The notes beneath the pieces are model-generated. The model did no database searches and was not told where the DNA came from. It saw nothing but the letters and a program-made list of their open reading frames with translations. Positions 19,009-29,200 of a DNA stretch of 64,000 bases are shown in pieces. Location of the stretch: positions 1,312 to 65,311 of the IMG/VR virus record IMGVR_UViG_2061766007_000017; one strand, 5' to 3'. Position 1 is the stretch's first letter, and every line of letters starts with the position of its first letter. The stretch is from a virus (taxonomy: Duplodnaviria > Caudoviricetes). The position numbers and the translations under genes are program-made.

Positions 19009-19052
19009 ACACAAAAAACAACCCTTATCAATATGAGAAACTAAAAGGATTC

Positions 19053-19433
19053 TCACTGAATCATGTTTTTTCTCCACCTCACATTGCTGCCGGAGACGAT
19101 CTCGGTTTCATTGGCATATACAATCATGTCAATGAACGACTCACCGTCATCCTCGTAACTGAGGAAAACAACTCTTTCGGAAAGCGCCTTGCGCACATCG
19201 TCGAAGTCGGTGCCGTCAGAAGGAGTAAAAGCACCAGTATTGACCGTCCCATTGACAATCAACGGAGCAGCCGCCACGCCGCCGGCATCCAGCATGTTTT
19301 CGACTGCGGCTTCGAGCAAATTCAGTTTTTCCTCCAGGGTCACCCAATTGGAGTCGCGGATGCCCTTTTCGTGTGTGACCGGATAGCGCTTGCGACCCCG
19401 GCGATCCTTGATGTACTTAATCTTGTCTTGCAT
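19053..19433 (-). CDS. Hypothetical protein (126 aa) with N-terminus shared with the tail protein at 4771..5301
   Basis: Likely start ATG 19433 (MQDKIKYIKDRRG). Confidence 0.7.
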   Translation of the reverse strand: MQDKIKYIKDRRGRKRYPVTHEKGIRDSNWVTLEEKLNLLEAAVENMLDAGGVAAAPLIVNGTVNTGAFTPSDGTDFDDVRKALSERVVFLSYEDDGESFIDMIVYANETEIVSGSNVRWRKNMIQ

Positions 19434-19441
19434 ATTCTTTC

Positions 19442-20068
19442 CTATTTGTTTTTGATATAGTCCTCTATCCCCTGCGTTATGACATGGATGCACGACCCAA
19501 TACCCCTGTCTGAGAGAAGGAAACGGACATCGAGTTTGTTGTCCTGGAAGAAGTTCTCCACAAGGACAGCCGGACATAGGGTATTCGTAAGGAGATAGAA
19601 GTTTTCCTCAAAGTCTCGCTCCAGATACTTATCCCATTTCTTTCGGACGGTGAGCGGACTCAAAAACTCTTTTTTCGCGACCTGATAAATGGCCTCTGCG
19701 AGATAGTCTGATTTCGTAACGCCCGGACTGGTATAGATGGACCAACCCCTTGCGTTCATCCACCGGCTCCCGTCTCCAGCCGCGTTGTTATGGACTGACA
19801 CGAGCAGCACATTGTCCTTGCCGTATTTCCGGCAGAAGTCGTTCGCCCGTTTTGTGCGGACTGAAAGCGGGATGTCATTTTCCTCCGGGACAAGGAGCCA
19901 CGCCTGTAATCCACGCGCCTGGAGGACATCGCAACAAGCCTGCGAGACCTTGCGCGTCCACGAATACTCGCGGAAATACAGGGTCGAACCAGTCTGCCCT
20001 TTCAGTGCATCCGGCGAACCCTTGCCGCGCGTTTCCACGCCATGCCCGTTGTCGATGAGGACGATCAT
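19442..20068 (-). CDS. Endolysin, N-acetylmuramoyl-L-alanine amidase (Amidase_3)
   Basis: LIDNGHG, RE, LVSVHNNA, PAVLVENFF Zn-amidase motifs. Confidence 0.92.
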   Translation of the reverse strand: MIVLIDNGHGVETRGKGSPDALKGQTGSTLYFREYSWTRKVSQACCDVLQARGLQAWLLVPEENDIPLSVRTKRANDFCRKYGKDNVLLVSVHNNAAGDGSRWMNARGWSIYTSPGVTKSDYLAEAIYQVAKKEFLSPLTVRKKWDKYLERDFEENFYLLTNTLCPAVLVENFFQDNKLDVRFLLSDRGIGSCIHVITQGIEDYIKNK

Positions 20069-20430
20069 TTGCTATTGATGATTTTGTATGCTTCCAGTTC
20101 TTTTTCGAGACGGGCCACCTTCTCGGAAAGGCTCTTGTTTTCTTCTTCGAGTTGGGCGACCCGTTTGTCACTTTCCATTTTCTTTTTGGCGATGTCGAGA
20201 AGTTCCTTCCGAACCTGCGCCAATGTATCACTTTGCTGGCGGTATAGTTCTTCCATGCTTCGTATCTGGTTCTGCAACGATTCAAATCGGGCATCCTTTG
20301 CTTCCAGTACGGCTTGTTCTGCCCGCGCCTGGTACTCCTTCTTGGTTGAGCGGAAGAACAGGAACTGGAAAATGTTCAGTCCTCCTAACAGGGCAAGCAG
20401 GCTTGATAGAATAATCGTAATCAGTTCCAT
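20065..20430 (-). CDS. Putative holin/antiholin-like protein (N-terminal TM + coiled coil)
   Basis: Hydrophobic first ~25 aa then a heptad coil; overlaps the amidase start. Confidence 0.55.
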   Translation of the reverse strand: MELITIILSSLLALLGGLNIFQFLFFRSTKKEYQARAEQAVLEAKDARFESLQNQIRSMEELYRQQSDTLAQVRKELLDIAKKKMESDKRVAQLEEENKSLSEKVARLEKELEAYKIINSK

Positions 20431-20455
20431 TTTTGCGTAGTTGTAGTTTACACAA

Positions 20456-20500
20456 CGAAAATAGGGACGGCAAGCCGTCCCCTTGGTCTATCTTTCCCAA
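20456..20500 (-). promoter_or_regulatory. Putative late promoter 3 (16-mer-N21-TATTTTCG) for the lysis cassette; spacer is a terminator hairpin (GGGACGGC-TT-GCCGTCCC)
   Basis: Identical 16-mer at 20485-20500. Confidence 0.75.
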
Positions 20501-20501
20501 A

Positions 20502-23276
20502 CTACCGAAGTTTGTTCGTGAATCTGGTTTCGTAGTCGATGTCCACCCAAGAAATTCGCTCGCCCGGCGACAGGTTCGTCAGAAGGATCATACTGAACAT
20601 CTTGTACGAACCTCCATGCAGCGAAGGTAACTGCTTCCAGTGAATCCCATCGAACGAACCGAGAAGGATATATCTTGCATCTCCCCTGTTGAACATGCCT
20701 CGGATTCGGAGACTCCGTATGATTTTGCGGACATCTGATTCGCCCAGGTCGAATGAACGGGTAAAAATGAGACCGGGTGCCACCTCCGTACCTTCGGATT
20801 CCAGCACGACGGAGAAGTTATACAACGACTGACCGCCCTGGTCGCCAATCACTATGGCCGCTTCCGGGAATGAGTTGAGAACGCGGACAGGGGTGCCGAG
20901 TCCCATGTTCATCCTGTGCCATGTATTCGTGTCAAACTTGTACACATACATCGTCCGATACGAATCATTCATGAGAATTATGCGAGAACTTGCATAGTCG
21001 TATGCAATATGACACCCCTTCAGGAACTGGTGAAAAGGCTGGGCGGGTTCAAGTTGCATACCGTCAAAGTGGTCGGCCGATAACTTGTCGGCCAGCACGG
21101 GGTCGATGTCGAAAACAGGTCCTTCGATTGCATCCGATACTTTCGTAACCGTGGAGCCCTGGAGCAGCAGAAGGCCGCGAGCGGCGGCGAAGAAAACGCC
21201 CTGTTCAATTCCGGCTACAGCCTTACTGGAAATGAGAATGTCACGGCTTACAGTATGAGCGTTCCTAAACTGGCCCTCGTCTCCTACTGAGAGCGCAAAC
21301 ACGCCCTCATCCGTGAACACATAGAGAGGGAACTGTCCGAACTGTCCTTCGGAGAGGGCCTTCGTAGCCACGGCAAGGTTCAGTATCTCGCCAGCCGTGA
21401 ATGTTACTGAATCCTCCACGGGGAACACGAAAGGGTTGTTTGCCTTGGAGACCAGCAGGGTGTTCGGCTGCTTGTAAAGATTGTTCTCCGAAGGTCGATA
21501 CATGGCAAGGCTGTAACCCCTCTGCTGTCCGAAACCAATGAAGGCGTAGGCCACATCCGCCTGATCAAGCGGACGCATCTGAAGCGATGCGACCATCGTC
21601 TGCCAGGAGTACATGTAAATTTCCATTCGATAGCACCGGGAATCGGGATAGGCGAACCATGCGGTCGGGAATTCCTCGTACTGGTCTTGTGAACCTTCCA
21701 CTATTGCCCTGCGCCTTGCGGTGATTTCCTCGCCGCCGTTCACATTCTTTGTTACGACGATATTCTCGCCGTTCTCTCCGCGTAGGTAGAACACGAAACC
21801 GTAGCGGGCCTGGGTTGGATTGCTCGGCGCAATCCACTTCGAGGAATGGATGAACGGATAACCCCCATACAACACCTGTTCCGTGTCGGTCATAAGGAGC
21901 CGCTTGTTGTAGTTGAACAGGCCGTTGCCCTTGGTGTGGTGCATGCTGCGCGGTGTCTCTTTCAACGCCTCCTGCACCAGGATATAGTCCGAGGAAGTGT
22001 CGATGTCAAGCACATAGCCAGACGATAAGTTCCCGAACTCCTCCAATGTGAAAGATTTTGCAAGGAAGGTGTTCTGGTGGTTCAAAACCAGTTTCTCCTG
22101 ATTCTCCTCCATATAGAACGGATCGAGAACGAAGTTATCTATCTTATACCAGTTGGCCCCGGTGTTTATAGCGCCGGGCGTCCCCTGCTGCCTTGCGTAT
22201 TTCATATCGAACCTTGCGGCGTTCCTTTGTACGGGTTTCATCTGGGGAGAAACGAAAATATCCACGGATTTCACGATGTCCTCCCAGCCTTCGTACAAAT
22301 CACCGGAGACCTCGTCTATCACGATTGAATACGGCTCTGCCAACTTGACGAAGGTGGCCGCCACGGTCATCACGTGTTTTTCCGTTCCGTCTCCGCTTAT
22401 GCGAAGTCCTTGAAAAACGACACCTTTCTCGTCCACGAACTTCTCTATGTCGGCACCGAGAAGGACCGGGATCGACTGCGCATAATGCGTACCGTCGTAA
22501 AGCCGTACAGCATAGCGGACGAACATCGGAAACACCGCCTTGCCGCTCCTGGATATATCCGCTAACTGCCTGTCAATCTCTCCCCATGTCAAATCAAGGA
22601 ACTCGTTCCAGAATCCATTTTGAAAATCGGGGTCGAAAACATATTTCTTTGCGGAATAACCATAATTCGTCACATCGCCGATATTCTCGTGAGGAAATAT
22701 TACCATATCATCGCCCAGGCGAGAAAGCCCAAATTCGGTATCCGTTGGCGGGTCATCGAAATCTTCAACGACCGGAACCTCGCGGGGTGAAGAAAGTTCC
22801 CCGATCCGGAACCCGATGCTGGGAACGGGAATCTGGTTGCCGATAAGACGGTACGAGCCTTCCTTCCAGAGGATATAGTACATATCCTTCGTGGACGAGA
22901 TGATGAGCGTGTTGCCGATGGCGGTTATGTCATTGATTTCCTCGCCGGCCTCAAACCCATCATAAACGAGGCCGTCCGTTCCCTCGCCCTTCGGGAGAAT
23001 CACAGAATATCGGAGTTCGCTCCCGGATTGGTAAATTAGGTTTTCGTACCCAATACCCTTGTGGATATAAAGAATGTCCCCACTGACATTTATCTCGTTC
23101 CCGTTTCCGTCCTTCGCCTTTACAGGCTTTGCCATCGGAGCGATTTCGCCGGCTTGCAGTTGTACATTCAGGCTCTCAGCGCACCCGCCGTCGGAAGTGA
23201 GCCTGTCCGACGGGGTGCGCGAGATGCCGCGTAATTGGATTTTCTTAATCATTCTTACCGATGTTAGAGATTTCAA
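20502..23276 (-). CDS. Tail tubular/stabilisation protein (P22 gp10/T7 gp12-like)
   Basis: 924 aa, beta-rich; DGGCAESLN N-terminus; FGQFPLYVFTDEGVFAL; follows the internal proteins. Confidence 0.7.
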   Translation of the reverse strand: MKSLTSVRMIKKIQLRGISRTPSDRLTSDGGCAESLNVQLQAGEIAPMAKPVKAKDGNGNEINVSGDILYIHKGIGYENLIYQSGSELRYSVILPKGEGTDGLVYDGFEAGEEINDITAIGNTLIISSTKDMYYILWKEGSYRLIGNQIPVPSIGFRIGELSSPREVPVVEDFDDPPTDTEFGLSRLGDDMVIFPHENIGDVTNYGYSAKKYVFDPDFQNGFWNEFLDLTWGEIDRQLADISRSGKAVFPMFVRYAVRLYDGTHYAQSIPVLLGADIEKFVDEKGVVFQGLRISGDGTEKHVMTVAATFVKLAEPYSIVIDEVSGDLYEGWEDIVKSVDIFVSPQMKPVQRNAARFDMKYARQQGTPGAINTGANWYKIDNFVLDPFYMEENQEKLVLNHQNTFLAKSFTLEEFGNLSSGYVLDIDTSSDYILVQEALKETPRSMHHTKGNGLFNYNKRLLMTDTEQVLYGGYPFIHSSKWIAPSNPTQARYGFVFYLRGENGENIVVTKNVNGGEEITARRRAIVEGSQDQYEEFPTAWFAYPDSRCYRMEIYMYSWQTMVASLQMRPLDQADVAYAFIGFGQQRGYSLAMYRPSENNLYKQPNTLLVSKANNPFVFPVEDSVTFTAGEILNLAVATKALSEGQFGQFPLYVFTDEGVFALSVGDEGQFRNAHTVSRDILISSKAVAGIEQGVFFAAARGLLLLQGSTVTKVSDAIEGPVFDIDPVLADKLSADHFDGMQLEPAQPFHQFLKGCHIAYDYASSRIILMNDSYRTMYVYKFDTNTWHRMNMGLGTPVRVLNSFPEAAIVIGDQGGQSLYNFSVVLESEGTEVAPGLIFTRSFDLGESDVRKIIRSLRIRGMFNRGDARYILLGSFDGIHWKQLPSLHGGSYKMFSMILLTNLSPGERISWVDIDYETRFTNKLR

Positions 23277-26200
23277 GAATCATTTCCTTCCGTACCGCAT
23301 CCTGTTCCCTCATGAGGGCCTTGCGGTCTTTCTTGTCGGTGGTTGCCTTAAGTTCGTCGTTGTAGTACTGGAACTGGGACTTGTAAGAATCGTAAATATT
23401 CATGATCTCATAGTCCTCGCTCTCATAAATGCGGTCAAGTTTCTTTTCGTCCCCGTTCTTACGATAGGTGTTAATCATCTTCTTCGTGTGTTCGGCCTCG
23501 GCCTTGTAGTAGTCGAACAACTCCGTGGTGTGCGCGTTCCGGTATCGGTCGTCCGTGACCGTGACCAGACGGGACAGGAACGGGGTATTGCGCACGGAGA
23601 AGTCCTCACCAAGAATCTGGCCGAATGTACCACGATAGAACTTGCCGATAGTCGTACCTGCGCCACCCGTCGCACCTTGTAGGATATGTTCCCATGCGGC
23701 AGGGTTATTGACGGGGTTAATCCACCCGGCATCGGCATAGTCTCCACCGGTCATCCAGTTCGCAAACTGGGACAGGAGGACATAAACCCTGCCGGTTCCC
23801 TGGAACGCACGCTGGTAGGCCGGCGTGCGCTTCCGTTCCTCATCTGAAAGGTAGCGCAGATCGTTGAAAATCTTCGCGCCCTTGTAGTCGCGGTTCATTG
23901 CGACCTCTACGACTGGCGTAAGTGCGGACGGAGCCAGGGCAGCGAGACCTCCGGAAGGATTGAGCGGGGCGATGTCGGAAAGGACTGATGCAATCTCTCC
24001 GGCCCAACCGCCAACCGAAGCCTTATGAGGTTCACGACCGAGAGCATGATTGACAACCATGTCGCCGATGGCGTAGAACACGCGGGCCTCCTGCGGAATC
24101 GCCCATTTGAAGTACACGCCATTCCCACCTATCAGGAGGTTGTTCCTGCGCTCATAGTCCGGAATGTCAAGATAATCATCATCGTCGTCCAGCATAGCGT
24201 GGATTGCCGCCTGTATCACACCGAGAGCAAAGAACCCAGCCGTCCACAGGGCCATCCTCTTTCCGTCCTTCTTGTATAGTTTGAACATGGCGTTCAAGCC
24301 CTGCGTCGATGCGTTGAAGAACATGATGAATCTGCGCCCATATACCGGAATCCAAGACGCACCCACGACAAAAGCCTTCTGGAGGGCGGTCAGTTTCTTG
24401 CCGTCCTTCGTACGGAGCCGTCCTGCCTCCTTGAACGAGATTGCCTTACCGCTTCCCTTTCGGTTGAAGTTCACGGTGAGTTCCTTCGCATCGTTCACGG
24501 CATCCTTGATTTCCTTACCCTGTTCACGGGCGGTGATGTAAGCGGAGAACCGCGTCATCTGCTCGATTGCCTCGCCGAAGTGCTGCACCTTCTCGAATAC
24601 GGTCTTTACGGCCTGCATCGCTTTCTTCTGGTCGCCTGTGAACTTGCGGAGTTCCAGTTCCCATTCCTCATTGTTTTTGAGGGTGGTATAGCCGGTAACC
24701 CCACCATTCTCGACAAACTCCTTATAGAGCCTGTCAAGACGCTCGTCACCGAGTTCTCCGCTATCCAGTTTCTTCTTCAACGAATACGCGCCTCCTTTCT
24801 TTCCAGGAGTCAGTGTCGCCTTGACAAGTTGGCCGAGATTCTTTCGGAATGCTTCGTTGTATTCCGGATCTTCCTTCACATTGACCGACATGAGGGCAAA
24901 CAGTATATCCCTTTGTGCATTGGACAGCCAGAACTCAGGGTTGTAACTGGTGTTGATGCCGGAGAACCAGCGCAACACCTTGCCAAACACCTTCTGATAG
25001 TCAGCGCTCATTTCCACATTCAGTTCGTTGTTGATAGCCTGCGCCGCACGGGGATTCCCGTTGATGTACATCATCATGTCGCGGCCACCAACCTTGAACT
25101 TGATAACATGGGAAGTCTTCTGGCTTTCGTCTATATGGATTACGCTGCCTTTCAGGTTCAGTTTCTTTCCACCCTTGAAAGCAAATCCGGCCTTTGCTTC
25201 CTCCTGCATCTGCTTTTCCCATTCCTCATAGGCCCGCTTTGCATCTTCTCCGCTCAAGTCTTCCTTGAACGGGGGATATACGGGAGTGAAGATGCGCTTA
25301 CCAAATTCGTCCACGCCGGTATTCTTATACCATACCTCGGAAATTGTCACAAGGTCATTCTCCGCCCGGTTCGACACGAAGTAGTACAGGGCCAGTTTGG
25401 TCTCGTTCTTCATGTCCGCAGCGATACCGCTGGAAGCCATAGAGCCGATGTATCCGAAAGGCGATTCCGCCTCGGTGCTACGGCCCTTCGCTTTCAGGAG
25501 TGGCGGCGTGAAGTCGTTACGCTGGTCGGACTGGTAGTAGTCGTACATGTCCTCTGCGGTATTGTCGGCAAACCCACGCAGCGGAACATAATACTTGAAC
25601 ATGCCGCTGACGGCCTGGTACTGTTCGCGGCTCATCATGTTCGCGTCGTACTGGTGTTTCAGCGTGCTCTTTGTCGCGGCATTGATGCGCTTCCAGAGTT
25701 CCTTGACGGCAGCGTCATGGCCATTCTCGAACTCGTTCACTTCCTGCTGAGCCGCTTCCTCGGTAGCGGCCATGTCCACATGCTCGCGACCGGCCTCATC
25801 GGTGTATGTGTACTTTGGATGACGGGCTTTCAGCACGCGGGCCTGGTATTCTTCCTCGGACTCCACGCCTTCCATGAACGGCTCGATGGGGTCGTATTCG
25901 GAATACATCGCAGTAAGACCGCCATAGTCCTGTTCGCGAAGTTCAAGATACTTCCTGTCGGTTCCGGCATCAATGGCCTCGAAATGTTTCGTCAGTTTCG
26001 CGTCCTCCTTTCCGATGAGCGTTTTCTTCATCTCGTCGTCAATCTTGTCGGAGTTTTCGATAGCATTCACAGCCTTGTCGTGTGCGTCCTGATAGAACTC
26101 GCGTGCGTCACGCTTGGCAAAAACCTCGTTACGCTCCAGTCCGTGTTTAATCATGACATAACGCTCGACAGCGTGCAAATCGATGCCCTTTTCATTCATG

Positions 26201-29200
26201 AGTGAACGGATGGCCTCCTGCATGGGTGCCCAGCACTCTCGCTCGAACTTCTCGATTGCGGCAAGACCCTTGGAACTCTGTTGGTTCAGCGCGAGACGGA
26301 TGTCCTCGAAAGCCTTTGCAGCCTTTCCGGTCGCCTTCTCGATTGCGTTCACAAGTTGGTGGACGGCATTGTCTTTGTCCACCCATGTCTCATGTAGGCG
26401 GTTGAACCAGTACAGCACATCCTTGTTATATATCCGAGCCGCAGGTGCCAGGGTTTCTTCTGCGATCCTGTTTCTGGAAAGTTGTACGGCCTCGTATTTT
26501 TCGGACTGTTGTTTCAGCGTAAATCCGAGCGCGTTGGCTACTACCTGCCGTCTTGCCTCGACCGTCGGGTCCGTCTCATGGTTCGCCATAGCGGACTGGA
26601 CCATCAGCCATTTCACATCGCGGATGGATAAGGGGACATTGATTCCGACTTTCGCCAGCACCCTGCGCAGGGCATCACGGATGATGTCCCACACATTCCT
26701 GCGATAGTTTTTATAGTCGATTGTTTCGGAAGTTTCGGCCAACCATTCCTCGGTGGACTCGAACATGGCTTCCTTTCCCACCTCGCGGATAACATCGTTT
26801 GCGGCAAAACGCTCCACTGATTCCACGACATTACCGCCATACTTCGTTACCGCATCGTTCGCAATCTTGGCACGCACGGCTTTCGGCAGGCTGATGAACA
26901 AGTCGAGGCAGAAGTCTCGCATATTCTCGTTACCGATGAGCCTGCGCAGTCCGTTGTGGCCGACCCCTTCGTGAAGGACGGTGCGCACCACATCGTCATT
27001 GTCGCGACAGTGTTCCAGGCAAACCGACATCTTGCCGTTTAGCCAGCGCCCGGCCAGCGGTTTCCCGTTGAAACGCATCTGCGAGGAAGGACGGAACTCG
27101 ATGTCCACACCGAACCTGTTGGCAATCTCCATAGCGGCCTTACGCTTGTCTCCCATGCTCCCGTTCGCAGTCTCGTCCGCAAGGATTATCTGACTGGCAC
27201 GCTCCACATCCTCGGTGGACTCCGCGAGGGTGTTCCTTCTTTCCTCGTCGGTCATATCCATCCGTTTCTGCACATTTCGGGCCTCCACCTCTCCGGATAT
27301 GGATTGGTATAGCCTATACTGCTCGTTGCTGATTTCTTCTTTCAGCGATTTCCCCTCTTTCTTAAGGCTTTGAATTTCTTCGCTATTGTCAATTACCTCC
27401 TTCTTGCGTGCCTCGGCTTCGCGCATGACTGGTTCAAGTTCTTCTACGGTGTATTTTCTTATACGACCGCCAAACCATTCATAACTTGGATAGCGTGGTT
27501 TGTTCTTGAGAAGTTCCCACCTTATGTCGGCTTGTTTTTGGAGTTCCTTCGTCGCATCTTCATCGCTCATTTTCTTTGCGAGCCTTGCCTTCCTTACCTC
27601 GGCAATCCTATCTTCCGTCTCATTCCACCTCTTTTGGTATTCCTCATCCTCGGCCTCGAACTTTGCGACAGCATCGTTCCACCTTTTTTGATGCTCCTTA
27701 TACCCATCGCTTTCCTCGTCCTTCATTCGCTCATATCGTTCGTTGAGTTCGCGATACTTGTCATCGGAGTTAAGGATTTCCTCAATTCTTTGCGCTATCT
27801 GCTCCTGCCTTGACTTCAGTTCCGCTATATTACCATACTTGTCCACGATTGAAGTGTTGCCGCCCTGTGCGAATCCCTCGATATGTTGTATCACATGTTG
27901 TATCTCGTGGAGCATTGTGCTGGACAGTTCCTTCGCATCCGGCTTCTTGGTAAATAGCCAACCTGCCCCCTTGGGGTTAAGCATCAGTTTCTTGGTGACG
28001 GGGTTATAATATCCCCTTGTCAAGTTGAAAAAATCGAACCAGGAATCGTTATAGAAAGACACCTTGATTTCGGAGAGTTCGGGATACTCGGTGAAAAGCA
28101 TATCCTTCGCTTGCCCGTCTTTCAAAATCTGGCCGAGCGGATATGTCTCGCTGGACAGTTCGTCAAGGCTCTTTCCCTGTATGTGTTGGAGGAAGTCTTC
28201 ATTTATGGACACATCGCTTTCCTCGTATCTCCATTTTCCGTCCCTGCCAACTTCCCACCCGGTTGCCCGTTTGATGTCCTCCGGTCTTATCCCGTCTGCC
28301 TGCATCTTCTTTGCGATATTGAGGTTGTCAATCCGCGTGACCGCAGTTTCAACCGTCTTGAACTTCTTGCTGCCGAAAAGTTTAGCAAGACCCTTCCTCG
28401 GCACTTCGACCGTTTCCATACGGCGCTCAATGGGGCTTACTGCATCTGCCCTGTCCGCTCCCTTTTCACCGATGAAACGGAACATCATCTGGCCCTGCAT
28501 GACGGATTCACGCATTTCCGGAGTGACCCTGACGGCATGAGCCTCAACGAAAAGTCCACGGTTAAGGCCAACAAGCAAATCATTGGTGGACACACCCCAT
28601 TTTTTGCCGTACTTGTTCATAAAGCGCGGCAGGATCTCGTCATAGAAACCCCTCATGCCCTGTCCACCTATACGGAGATTATCACCGCGGATGAAATCGC
28701 CTTCTTTCATTGAGAGCATCTTGACGGAAAGTTCCTTCCCGACTATCTCTGATAGGTTCTTCCCATTGAAGTCTGCTACAGTCGTAGATACGACATTTCC
28801 ATTATCGTCCGTGGTAATGTATTTTGAATGGTCTCTACCTTTCAGAAAGACTATGAACTGCTTTTCATTGAGGTTCCTATCTTTCATTCTCCCAATCTCT
28901 TCGACAACGCCCCCGATATTGTATCTTTCAGACTGCTGGTTGCCGGTAGTCCATGCCACATAGTCGTATCCTTCCTCGGCAGCAAGACGGAGCATCCGCT
29001 TCATGGCCAGTTCGTGCCAGTTCTTCTCAAAGGGTGCGGCAGGAACACCACCTTGTTTCCTTAACTCGGAAATTCGATTATTGTAATCCGCGGCTCGTTG
29101 TTTTTCTTCCGATGTCGCCACATCGTCGAGCGTTTCGACTTCCACACCGTGCTTCTTTGCGATTTCATCAACAAATTCATCGTACTCTTTTTCGAGTTTT

